Shown one piece after another: positions 52,241 to 64,000 of a stretch of DNA of 64,000 nt. The position numbers and the translations under genes are program-made. The stretch's first letter is position 1. The number at the start of each line of letters is the position of its first letter. The notes under the pieces were generated by a model. That model searched no databases. It had not been told where the DNA came from and saw only the letters and a list, made by a program, of their open reading frames with translations. The stretch is from Lama glama (lineage: Eukaryota): assembly GCA_028534125.1 (NCBI GenBank), contig CM052818.1:12588001-12652000 (forward strand). Direction: 5' to 3'.

Positions 52241-52659
52241 TAGATTTATTCATTGAAGTTTGGATGTGAGTAAAACAAGAATGTGGAAACCATGGTGTAA
52301 ATGAACTAATACCCAAATCAGAAATTTAGATGGGCAACAATAAAGTTCTGCATTAGTTCAAAGAAGTGAATGAGATTCTTTCCATCAGAGTCCCAATGGG
52401 AAATGTCTTCAAGGGAGAAAAATCAAGTATCTGTTAATGTGAAGTGACAGGCCACTTAAGGAAGAGACAGAAGATGTAGGGGGAGTTCGTGCATGATGGA
52501 GCAAGAAAATTTAGATTAGGGGTACTATGTCTTTAAAAGGAGGAAGGTAAACAAGACAGAGATAAAATTTAGAAGAAGATAGCTATTAGCTGTAGTTCTT
52601 ATTTAGGCTGGCCAGGATGAGTGACTGGATGCAGGAAACTAGGAGGGAGGTTAAAGATT

Positions 52660-52692
52660 ATCTATCTGTCTGTCTATCTGTCTATCTATCTA
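52660..52692. repeat. (TCTA)/(TCTG) tetranucleotide microsatellite
   Basis: Directly visible. Confidence 0.9.
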
Positions 52693-52755
52693 TGCAAGAA
52701 GGGAGGACGCTGTGGATCAACAAGTTCTGCTAATTTCCACAGTGCCTATGGTGAC

Positions 52756-52780
52756 ATGCAAATATATTGCATATGCAAAT
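52756..52780. promoter_or_regulatory. Candidate POU-factor site cluster: two ATGCAAAT octamers and a palindromic TTGCATATGCAA
   Basis: ATGCAAAT at 52756-52763 and 52773-52780; palindrome at 52767-52778. Confidence 0.3.
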
Positions 52781-53933
52781 CTGTATCAGTATATAAGAAC
52801 AGGATGGAATTAAATCAGATTTGCAGCTGATATCTCATACTAAGCCACCTCACCTTTCATGAAAAGACTTCATTTAAGTCAGACACATCCAGAAATCCTT
52901 TTATAATATTGAGATTTATCATGACATCATTTCAAACAGTGGAGAAATTCATAATGTCAGTTTTGCATATTATATTAACTTTTATACCATATTTCCTTAT
53001 CTCATCAAGATGATGCTGTTACATATGCATAGGAAAATCCAGGATATTAAAGGAAAGCCACCAATCCAAAAGTTACTCTAATACTGGCTTGTGATGATCT
53101 ATACCACAGCATAAGCCCAACAAGCACAGCAACCTAGGCCGGGTCCATTGGCCTAGGTGCTCCTGGAAAACAGACTGGCCCCATTTTCCTGCTGGGGTGC
53201 CGAGGAAGAGTATATGCTATTGCTCACATTTCCTGCTGCACCTGGAGCAATACTGCAGAAACAGCTGAAAAATCCATATGCAAATTAAAGGAAAGAGCAC
53301 CCTGGTTATTAAACACAGACACTGGGTGTCTCTGGGATCTGTTCTCCTAGTCAGGATCAGGGAGTCGTCAGTGCTGGCTCTGAAGGGTCTTCTTCGTTCC
53401 ATCTTACATGACTGCAGCTATTCGTATTCATCTCACATCTTCAGATGTCTGGTCTCCAGTGTTAAATGATGCTGCATAACAGCTTTCTTGTCAGATGGCA
53501 CAAAAACTCATTCTTCAACAAAAGGAAAATAAACTGCTTCTGCTCTGCTCTGCTCAGACTGAACCAGAACACTCATCTAAATCCACTTCATAGAACATCT
53601 GTTCGACTAATGTATATGTGGTGAAGACCTGGAAGCTATTAGCACATAACCCATTGTTGACCTCTTTGGTATTTTTAAGGACAATAGAGGGCCATAAAGT
53701 GGGCTATTAAAGAAAAAAAAACCAGTTAAGCCTCTATCATGCACTTCCAAATGGCTGTCAGAGACTTATTCATCTCATCCTGGACTGCTCTGAGAACTGT
53801 GTCTTCCCTTTTGAGACTTAAATCATATAGAGGTCATTTGTAGAAAAATGTTTACATTCTGCTTCATAGGTCAATGAAAGACGTAAACTCAGAACGTTGC
53901 TAGATTGGTGTTCTCTTTTTCCTTTATCTTGCC

Positions 53934-54092
53934 CAGTGATTGTCAACCAGGGGTGATTTTACCTGTGAGGGAGCATTTGCAAACATCAGGAGACAGTTTT
54001 GATTGTCACACTCTAGTTGCCTGGGTAACACACATTTAGTGAGTAGAGGCCAGAGTTACTGCTCAGCATCCTACAACATATAGGACACCTCT

Positions 54093-54181
<89 letters not shown>

Positions 54182-54239
54182 ACTCACAACGAAATTATCT
54201 TGTCCAAAAAGTCAATAACACCACTGCTGTGAAACCCTA
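53934..54239 (+). mobile_element. MER20 hAT-Charlie MITE containing a compound microsatellite
   Basis: 'cagtgattgtcaaccaggggtgatttt...ggagacagttttgattgtcaca...tagtgagtagaggccagagttactgctcagcatcctacaa...aattatcttgtccaaaaagtcaata...gaaaccct'. Confidence 0.85.
54096..54188. repeat. (AC)n(CT)n(CACT)n compound microsatellite
   Basis: Long uninterrupted AC and CT runs. Confidence 0.97.
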
Positions 54240-54442
54240 AGCGAGCCCTTTACGGTTCTGCTCTGGGAGACCCACAAAACTTGTTTCCTTAGTTTAGTAG
54301 CTCTTCTCACCCAATGACCAATGAAGTCAGTTTTGTTTACTCAGTTACGGGGATCATTGTATTTTGATCTGACAAATGAGGCTTAAACCAAAAAGATGTT
54401 TGGTAAGACCTAAGTTTTTGCATCAGATTCAATTAGACCATT

Positions 54443-54487
54443 TGTTTGACTGAATGAGAAGCTGTTTGACTGAATGAGAAGCTGTTT
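54443..54487. repeat. Perfect 20-bp tandem duplication
   Basis: tgtttgactgaatgagaagc x2 plus partial tgttt. Confidence 0.95.
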
Positions 54488-55269
54488 AACTGGTGTGATC
54501 CATTAGCTGCATAGAATGGTGAAGCCAGAACCTCCATTAGTTAATCACACATGGTGGGACACAGTCTGAAGTCAGTTTTGGGGCTTCTCTTGATACTAAA
54601 TGTGGAATCTCTGATGACCATCAAGAAGTCAGAATTGCTGTAGTCACATCTAAGAAAAAAGTCCTCACTCCAGTCTCCTCTCTGTGATGTCTGATACTCA
54701 GAGCTCCACCATTACTATCTAGGTCTTCACAGGATAATTTTTGAGACAAAACCTCTTCGGATCTTTGAATATCAAAATACTGTAAATCCATGTGTTTCAG
54801 ACTACTTTCATCATTTTTATTAGCCTTCCCCTGCCCAATTATTCCAGGTCATAACCATACCCAAAGGTTTCTTCTTCGTTTTGTTGTTGTTGTTTTGTTT
54901 TTCATTTTCCTTTTTTTTTTCCCTCCTGCAGCCAGAATGACCTGCCCTTCAGTTTTCCATCTGTCTACTTTCTAGTCTTAAGAATTTCTACTCGAATACA
55001 TCAAATTCTCTAATTTTATACTTGGGTCTCTTCAACATAAATGAGAATTCCCTCTTACTAAACTGTTTTTACAATAGCTCTCTACTTTTGAGTAAGGGGT
55101 AGGATCAGAGTCACTTGAAGGGGAGAAGAGTTTACGTATTACTGCCTTCTCACCACTTACCCTACTCTCTAATCCTGTGTACTCTGACATGACCCCAGAC
55201 CCTCAGTGAAAACCACTCCTCTTGAGAAATGACGGCCTGTGGTACTCTTTTTGAGAGTATGTTGTTTTA

Positions 55270-55405
55270 TATTATTGTTCTTTGTACATGTATTATTGTC
55301 TCCCAAGTCAGCCTGTAAGTGTCAGAGACTTTATTCTTATACCCCTTACCTACATCTTGCCTAGTACAAACGTGCTAGAACATAAAAGTATATCAACAAT
55401 AAGTA
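55270..55405 (+). mobile_element. L2 3' end fragment
   Basis: 'ttgtctcccaagtcagcctgtaag...cagagactttattctt...gcctagtaca...tcaacaata'. Confidence 0.55.
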
Positions 55406-56239
55406 CCTCATTGTACATCACATAGACAATGAAGTCCCAATTCAAAAAAAAAATCTCTTTACTATCTTAGGATGAGATTTCCAAACTTACATATATGCAA
55501 TTAAACAACTTGGCTTATTTTAATAAAAGAGCTTTATAGCCTGACCCAGGATGAGAAATGAATGGGAAAGAAAACAGTTTAAGTTTGATTGCATTAGTAT
55601 CTTATTGGAAGCAGCTAGGAAAATTACAAATTGATTATAAACAGCACACAATCAGTGGCTATGAAGAATTTTGGCAGCCAACACGAGTTCAGCTTTCTCA
55701 AGAAGCAGTAGCAAATTTGCAGAAAAATAATTCAAAATTTCAATTTTCTAATTTAAACAGTCTCACTCACTTAAGCAGTTTAGCTGATTAGAATTATGAA
55801 AACATGCCATGTATTTAGCAGCAACTTGCAAGTTTTCCTGTGGTCCACATTACTAATAGATTCAGTGATGTTCTTTTTCAATATTAATGTCAAGATTTTT
55901 AATACATGAAACCACTGACACTGAGATCAAGCATTTTATCTCAGGAGAAAAAAAAATGCTTTCTCCTTTTCTATCATTATGACAGGAAGCAAAAGGATTA
56001 TTCACGGCTATTACTTTACTATGCTTTCAAACAAATTTGCTACTTTAATTAGGCCATCTTGCATTAATAGATGCAAATGCAGTTGGTAACCAAAATGCTG
56101 GCTCTTTGCAGAATGACAGTGCATTGCTTGAGGCTCTCCCACAGTCTGTGCTTACATGGGCAACAGTGATTCTGCCTAATGTTACTCAGCTTGGAAAAAG
56201 AGGAGATCAAGGTGCAGACAGGGTTCTTTCAGTGCAGTT

Positions 56240-56460
56240 AATCTCAGTATTTACTGAAAGCCTTTTATACATCAGGGACTATGTAAAGACCAGGGAAATA
56301 AAAGGTGAATGAGATGCCACTGCTCTCAAGGAGAGCACGGTTTAGACTGGGGATCCAGTATCATCTAGGAATAGATGTTAGGATAAGAACTGATAAGCAG
56401 GCAAGGAGGGGCTAGAGTTTGTTCAAAGAGAGGAAAAGTCATTTTGAATTGCGGGAAAGT
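56240..56460 (-). mobile_element. L2 3' end fragment
   Basis: 'cagtatttactgaaagccttttatacatcagggactatg...tgaatgagatgccactgctctcaaggagagcacggtttag'. Confidence 0.6.
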
Positions 56461-57706
56461 GTAATTTTTTCTAACCCCAAGTCAGCTACTTCTGAGAAGT
56501 GCCACATTGTTTCTCTCTCTCTCTCTGTCACAAAACTCTTACTCATTATTAAAAGCCTCAGTGGGTTCCAGGAATTATTAGGTAGTGAGTTTTTACATTC
56601 TGTTCCCCGCTGCCCCGCTCCCAATACATTGCTACCTTTAAACATAAAGTAGGAGGTTATTCTTTCCTTTCCTTCGCTCCACCTCTGTATTCCTAGCTCT
56701 TATTCTGAGAATAGCTTGCTCAGATCCCTGAGTTCCTTCTCATCCTCCTTGACGTTCTCCCCGCTGCTCCCCGCTCTGCCTGCTGCAGTCAGGTAACATC
56801 TAGGACTCTCTCTGAAGTCTGTTCTGCATTCTGACCTTTCTTATATCCAAACTCCCAATCAGAATACCTCACTACTACGCCCTATGCCTCCACATTGCAG
56901 GGTTCTCTAGATGAAAACTAGATAATGCAATCACAATTAGCATTGCTATATTAATCAATGTTCCTACATGACATCTGTCTGCTCTTTGAATCTCTCTTAC
57001 AAAAAAGATCAGAAGTCGAAGTTCTCCCACTTAGGAATTTTTCTCTTAAGACAGGAAGGGCACCTAGGCCCAGGTGGGTCTCAAACTCATTGTATAGTTT
57101 TGTTGTTCCTCGGGCTCATCATTTGGTCAGCCACGTGCCCTGTATGCACCTACATCTGTTATTTAAGGACATCATCGTGCGGCATCCACACCGATTAGAA
57201 CTGGGTATGTTTAGCACATGAGTGAAATCTTGATTAAAATCTCTTCACAAATCTCCTCAGCCCTTGATCATATCCAACAAACATATTAGCAAAGAATTTT
57301 ACTGTTTCATACCATTATTCACACATCTATGTGTGTCACACCACATTCTATCTTTGTTTTAAAAAATGCTGTTTAAAATGTTCAGTAGCATTTGAAACAA
57401 CTTTCTCTCATATACTGTTTCTGTAGGGATTTCAAAAGCCCCAGTAGGCCAGAATATAACATATTAGTCAGCCTTGTATATGGCAGTTATAATCAATGAC
57501 TGCTATTACAGTGAGGTCAGAGAGTGAACAGTTCCTAAGATGGAATAGTTCCTCTCCACTTGAATTTGTGGGGAAGACAGTAAGCATCTTTCAATTATTT
57601 CCTGCACTTGAAAACTGGACATTTTTTGCAAGTATAAAACTATAGTTTCTTTAAGAAATAGTAACACAATATCTCTCTTCCTCAGACCTTCTAGAGTCTT
57701 CTAGAT

Positions 57707-57853
57707 CAGTGGTTCTCAACTTTGTTAAGTGCATTCAAATGTTCTGGAGAGCTTTACAAACTTATAGTGGCGAAGACACACTCCAGATCAATGATCAGAA
57801 TCTGGAAGTGGGGCATGAGCACTTGTTAAAGCTCCACTGAGGTTGAGAACTGC
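57707..57853. mobile_element. MER5A-like hAT MITE
   Basis: Termini 'cagtggttctcaac' / 'gttgagaactgc', flanked on both sides by TCTAGA-containing target sequence. Confidence 0.8.
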
Positions 57854-58910
57854 ACTTCTAGAGTGAAAACAAAGCAATCATCCTGATGGACATTGTGGCC
57901 TTGGGCACGTGAGAAACACTGACAATGAGAAATGTATAAGAAAAAAAAAATCCCATCCCCAGATGGAAACTGATGAGTGGTTGGCTCACCTGGTTTCTTA
58001 GCTCTGGCATCTTACAGTGATGTGGGGATGAGAGAACTATGTGAAGCTAGGTGCCAGACACAAGGGAGTGGCAGCAGCATCTGGATTGTCCACCTACACT
58101 TGATATTGGTATTTGTATAAAAGAAGTATTATAAAATCATAAAGCAGGAAAGTAAAGAATAAAGCACCTAATCCTTGAATTGTAGATAAATAAATATATC
58201 TCTTATATATCAGTGAAGGGGGAGCACTGAGTTTATAATAGCAAATTTAGATCTAGATTTTTACACTAAAGACAATCTAAAAGTACCTGTTTGTTTTCTT
58301 GAATTATGCATGGGAGACTGGGATTTCTGGAATACTCAGCACTGATTATGGCTAAGGGACTGCTATAGAATTAACTGCACTATTAGATAAGATGAATTGT
58401 GCTCCAAAGAGCAATAATATATATCCCATCCTGCCGAATTCAATTCTCTCTTTAAATAGGTTTGGTCAAAGTGTGTAAAGATCATCCATTTCACTTGGAG
58501 TTATCTGCAGGTTTCTTATGCCCTGTTAGCACTTTTAACAATAAATCTGAGCAATAGATTGTCAGTATAAAACATTATCTTTTATTACTCACTTTTATCT
58601 TTTAGATTTCTTCTATAGATGAACCTTATTGATAAAGAAACAGATGTTAGAGGCAAAATGGCACAGGCAGATGAGTTAGATGTCTTTGCTCTACCCTTCA
58701 AGGGTTAGAAGTGTGTTTCTGAAGTAGCTCCAAATTTAAAGTTTCCTATGATGTTTATTTTCATTATTTGTTTTCTAATTAGAAATTCCATGTCATATAT
58801 ACATATATATATGTATATATTTCCTGAATATAAAACACAATTTTTCCTTTTTATCTATAATTAGACTCAGATTTTTTTTTTTACTCTTAAAAGGGAATAA
58901 AAAATTAAAA

Positions 58911-61900
58911 GGATTTTGAATTTCCTGTCCAGCATGGAAGAAGCTTAGGAGTCACCACCCTACCTAACAAATAAAAAACTGAACAAACAGAAAAATTAAT
59001 AATTCTTAGATTTGTAAGAGAGTGAGGTCACAGGGCCAACAGCACCCCGCCCCCTCAAACTGGAGAGAGGAATAGGCAAATACAGAGCATCACAACTTAC
59101 CAGAGCAGAAACCCACCAGCAAAAACTTCCACGGGATCGGGTGCCACGGTAGGGAAACCTGAACTCTAACTGACAAGTTGCTGGAGGCTCACTGTGGACA
59201 AGTCTGAGATAAAAACGCCAGAGGGACCCAGCCGGGGCAGGGGGAGGGGTGGGACGAGGGGTATGCAAACTTCTGTGTTTTACTTCCTGGAGCTCTAGCA
59301 GATTCTCATAGCAAATAGCAGAAAAATCCCTTTCTGCTTCTGGAAGAGGGAGGGTAAAAGGAACTATGAATACACCAGAGCATTCTGTTCTTAACAAGGC
59401 CTGCCCTCAGGAGGAACTATTTAACCAGAGCCTAACTTGCTGGCATTTTATTAGAACCTTAATGACCTCAAGGAAGGTAAATATCCAGCTCCAACTGTCT
59501 CCAGCCATCCACATGGAGGAAAGTAAATACCCAGCTCCAGTCTACTCTAGCCATTGTCTCACATGAGCAGGGGTGGGAAACTGAGAATCACATGTGAAGT
59601 TCACAGTCCAGAGGTATAGGCTTACTAAAAGACTGAGACCTAATCAAAGGACTATAGAATGCTTCCCTTTCCCCTGTATCTTACCAGCACATTATGAAGG
59701 AAGGCATATGTACAACAGTTCCTTTTACCCAATACATCATGTTCAACTATTAAAAAAAAATTACAAGGCATACTAAACAACTAAAAATACAGTTTGAAGA
59801 GACAAAGCAAGCATCAAAACCAGACTCAGATATGATAGTGATGTTGGACTTATCCAACTGGGATTTTAAAACAACTATGATGAATATGCTAAGGGCTCAA
59901 ATGGATAAAGATAGCATGTAAGAAAGGGCAGTGGAAGTAGAGAGATGGAAATTCTAGGAAAGAACAAAAATAAAAACATACTAGAGATCAAAAACACTGT
60001 ATGGAAGTAAAGAATGACTTTGATGACCTATTAGTAGACTGGACACAGTTGAAGAAAGAATCTCTGAGCTTGAGACTATCTCAATAGAAATCTCCACAAC
60101 TGAAAAGAAAAGAGAAAAAAAGACTGAAAAAAACCTACCAACAACAGAACAAAATATCCAAGACTTACGGGAAAACTCCAAAAGTATAACATACATGTGG
60201 TGGGAGTATCAGAAGAAGAGAGAAGGAACAGTAGATATGTTTGAAAGAATGATGACTGAGGATTTCCCCAAATGAATGCCAGAAACCAAACTACAGATCC
60301 AGGAAGCCCAAAGAATAACAAGCAGGATAGAGGCCCCCCCCCCAATTACACCTAGACATATCATATAAACTACAAAATATCAAGGATAAAGAGAAAGCCC
60401 TGAAAGAAATTAGAGAGAAAAAAGACCTTACCTACAGAGTGGCGAAGATAAGAATTAAATCTGAATTCTCCTTAGAAACCATGCAAGCAAGAAGATAGTG
60501 GAGTGGAATAGTTAACATTCTGAGATAAAAACCTACCAACCTAGCATAATGTACCCTGCAAAACTATCCTTTAAAAGTGAAGGATAAATAAAGAGTTCTT
60601 CTGACAGACAAAAACTGAGGTAATTTGTTGCCAGTTAACCTGCCTTGAACTCTTGAACTGCATGTCTCATGAAAACAGATGAAAATGTCCTCAACAAAAT
60701 ATTAGCAAATAGAATCCAACAACATATAAACATAATTATACACCACAATCAAGTGTGATTTATCCCAGGTATTGCAAGCATTTCAACATTTGAACATCAA
60801 CTACCACAATCCACTACATTAACAAGCTAATGAAGATAAATCACATGTTCACATCAACAGATGCAAAAAAGCACTTGACAAAATCCAACACAAATTTATG
60901 ATAAAAACTCTCAGTAAACCAAGAACACAGGGGAGCTTCCTCAATTTGATAAATATATCTACAAAAATCTACAGCTAACATCATACTGAATGGCAAGAAA
61001 CTGAAAGCTTTCCCACTAAAACAGAAACAAGGCAAGGATGTCCTTTGTCATCCCTGCTTCTCAACATGGTACTGGAAGTCCAGGCTAATGCCGTAAGACT
61101 CAAAAATGGAATACAATGCATACAAATTGGGAAATAAAAAATAAAACTTTGCAGAAGATGTGCTTTTTTATGTAGACAATCTGAAAGAATTGACCAAAAA
61201 AACCTAATCCTAATGACAGCAAGGTTGTGGGATACAAGGTTAATATACAAAAGTCCATTGCTTTAAACCAGCAATGAAGAAGCAGAATTTAAAATTAAAA
61301 ATGCAGTAGCACTTTCTTTAGCACCTTCCAAAATAAACTACTTAGGTATAAAACTAACAAAATATGTACAAGATGGACAACTATAAAATTCTGATGAAAG
61401 ATATTAAAGAAAAACTAAGTAAATGGAGAGATAATCCATGTTCCTGGATAAGAACTCAACATTGTCAAGATGTGAGTTCTTCCTGACTTGAGCTAAAGAT
61501 TCAACTCAACCCCAATCAAAACCACAGCAAGTTATTTTGTAGATATTGACAAAATGATTCTAAAGTTTATATCAGGAGGCAAAAGACCCAGAATAGCCAA
61601 CACAATATTAAAGTATAAGAGAAAAGTTGAGGACTGACACTACCTGACTTCAAGACTTAACTCTAAAGCTATTGTATTCAAACCATTATAATACTGGCAA
61701 AGGAAGAGATGGATAGATCAAGGAAACAGAACAGAAGTCCTAGACATAGACCCACATAAATATAGTCAACTGATCTTTAACAAAAGATCAAAGGTAGTAC
61801 AATGGAGCAAAGGTAGTCTTTGCAACAAATAGCGCTGGAAGAAATGGACATCCGCTTGTGCATGTACATAAATCTAGATGCAGAACATATTAGTCACAAA

Positions 61901-63398
61901 AATTAACTCAAAATAGACCACAGACCTAAATGTAAGATGTAAAACTATAAAACTCCTATGAGATAACATAAGAAGACTGGAATGACCTTAGCTACAGTGA
62001 TGACTTTAGCTACAACAGCAAGGGCATAACCTATTAAAGAAATAACTGATAAGCGTGGCTTCATTAAAATTTCAAAAAATCTGCTATGCAAAAGACATTG
62101 TCAAGAGAATAAAAAGACAGGCCACAGCCTAGAAGAAAATATTTGAAGAAGACATATCTGGTAAAATACTATTATCCAGAATAAACAAAAAACCCATAAC
62201 TCAATAAAAGTAAAACAAACAACTCTATTAAAAAATGAGTCAAAGACCTTAAGAGACATCTCACCAAGAAGATACATAGATGGCAGATAAATACATGAAA
62301 AGATGCCTTACATCACTATCTTCAGGGAAATGCAAACTAAAAGAACAATGACATACTATTACACAACTCTTAGAATCTCCAAAATGTGGAACACTGACAA
62401 CAATAAATACTGGCAAGGATGAAGAGCAACAGGAACTCAGATAACTACATTGCTGGTGGGAATGCAAAATTGTTACAGCCAGTGTGCAAGACAGTTTGGA
62501 AGTTGCTTACAAAATTAAATTTACTCTTACCATACAATCCAGCAGTCATGTTCCTTGGTAATTTTCCAAAGGAGTTGAAAACTTATAACCACACAAAAAC
62601 CTGCACGTGGATATTTACAGCAGTTTTATTCATAATTGCCAAAACTGGGAAGCAAGCATAATGTCCTTCAGTAGGTGAATGGAGAAACTCTGGTACATCT
62701 AGACAATGGAATACCATTTGATGTTAAAAAGAAATGAGCTATAAGACATAAAAAGACATGGAGGAATCATAAAGCATAATACAAAGTGAAAGAAGCCAAT
62801 CTGGAAAGGCTACACACTACATGATTCCACATAGGACATTCTGGAAAAGGTAGACAGTAAAAAAAGAGCAATGGTTGCTAGGATTTGTGAGAAAGGATTA
62901 ATAGGTGGACCACAGAGGATTTTCAAGGCAACGAAACTACTCTTTATGATACTATTACAGTGGATACATGTCCTTATATATTTGTCCAAACCCACAGAAT
63001 GTAGAAGCCAAGAATAAACCTTAACGCAGACTATGAACTTTGGGTGTCAGTGTAGGTTCACTGATTGTAACTAACGTCCCAATGTGATGGGGGATGTTAA
63101 CAATACAGGAGGCTATTCATTTATAAGGACGTGGGTATGGAAAGTCTCTGTACAGTTGACCCTTGAGTAGCCTTGGGGTTAGGGGCACTGACTTCCACCT
63201 ATAACTTTACAATTGGCCCTCCCTTCTTATCAGAGTTTCCACAGCAAATTATACAGTACTGTCCTGTTTACTATGAAAAAAAAAATCCACATTTAAGTGG
63301 ACCCATGCAGTTCAAACCCCTGTTGTTCAAGGTCAGCTGTACTTTTTACTTAACTGTGAACCTAAAACTACTCCAAAAAATAAAGTCTGTTTTAAAAA
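58911..63398 (+). mobile_element. Old L1 (L1MC/MD-type 5' UTR, decayed ORF1, internal deletion at ~60650, ORF2 RT to C-terminus, L1MC1/2-like 3' UTR)
   Basis: 5' UTR 'gtgaggtcacagggccaac..tacagagcatcacaacttaccagagcagaaaccc'; ORF1-like ~59830-60645; ORF2 resumes at 'tcctcaacaaaatattagcaaatagaatccaacaacatataaa'; 3' end 'ctgtgaacctaaaactactccaaaaaataaagtct'. Confidence 0.9.
63153..63339 (+). mobile_element. Tigger2a-like Tc1/mariner MITE nested in the L1 3' UTR, with TA TSD
   Basis: TIRs 'cagttgacccttga' / 'tcaaggtcagctg'; TA at 63151-63152 and 63340-63341; internal 'aaaaatccacatttaagtggacccatgcagttcaaaccc'. Confidence 0.9.
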
Positions 63399-64000
63399 GT
63401 ACATAAAAGCTCATGAACTTGCCTATGAAATAGCATTAGCATTTTGAGGCTACATTTATACTGGCTAAGAGAAAACAATTGAGTCTCTCTCTCTCTGTCC
63501 TCTTTCATTTTTAAACTCTTTGCTCCTACTACCTCTTCTAAGGCAAGGGAAAATCAAGTGTGGAATTTAGTATTACTGAGCTTAATTATATAAAAAAGTA
63601 AAGTTTTGTAGTGTTTTAGCTTATCTACAGACAGTTACAGGTGAGATTGAGCAGGGTTATTAGAAGTGCATTGTCAAGAATCAGTATGTTCCCTTGGTCC
63701 GAGGAACATATAAGGCAACAGTTTTTTTTAGAAAAGTGTAAATAGCCAAAACCAAAATAGAATCTTTTGCCAGTCCTCATGGCTCTGGGGATTTTTCCTG
63801 CCTCACTTAATTCACAGTTTATAAGCCTGAAATCAAGAAATCCTTTCAGGTCAGTTCTCTACTTCACTAGTTTTAAATGTGGTTGCAGGCATCCATTGAG
63901 TTCATGGGCATGAAGAGACTTAAGTAACTTAAACTCAGAAATTTCAACTCCTATATATCTCTTTCCTAAAACTGTTCTGCCTGAGAATGTGCCTACTGTC

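Noticed and set aside
58996..59397. 133-aa minus-strand ORF
   Set aside because: Antisense to an old L1 5' UTR, with no recognisable protein motif.

Overview
AT-rich, repeat-dense placental-mammal genomic DNA with intronic or intergenic character. It contains two assembly gaps (6903-7402, 500 N; 30211-30310, 100 N). I cannot recognise any cellular protein-coding gene, RNA gene or CRISPR array. The listed ORFs are gap artefacts, decayed transposon frames or chance ORFs. The window is mostly fossil transposable elements: L1 (L1ME/MC/MB-type and a younger Laurasiatherian/cetartiodactyl-type L1), L2, L3/CR1, MIR, MaLR LTRs (MLT1), ERVL LTRs (LTR40-, LTR33-, LTR16C-like), a truncated ERVL provirus with a readable RT domain (YVDD), an ERV1-type solo LTR with a 4-bp TSD, and hAT/Tigger MITEs. 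Family names come from recalled consensus sequences, not from a search. No young lineage-specific SINE was seen, which together with the L1 3' end type tentatively suggests a camelid-like cetartiodactyl. The most notable pattern is three L1 copies that keep both ends but lack several kb of internal sequence. Each has a distinct junction scar (fold-back hairpins, microhomology, 8-bp tandem duplication), and two rejoin ORF2 at almost the same place. There are also several unannotated splice-site-bounded exon candidates, two of which join in frame, a POU/octamer motif cluster, and several perfect hairpins. No convincing novel biological system is demonstrable from the sequence alone.
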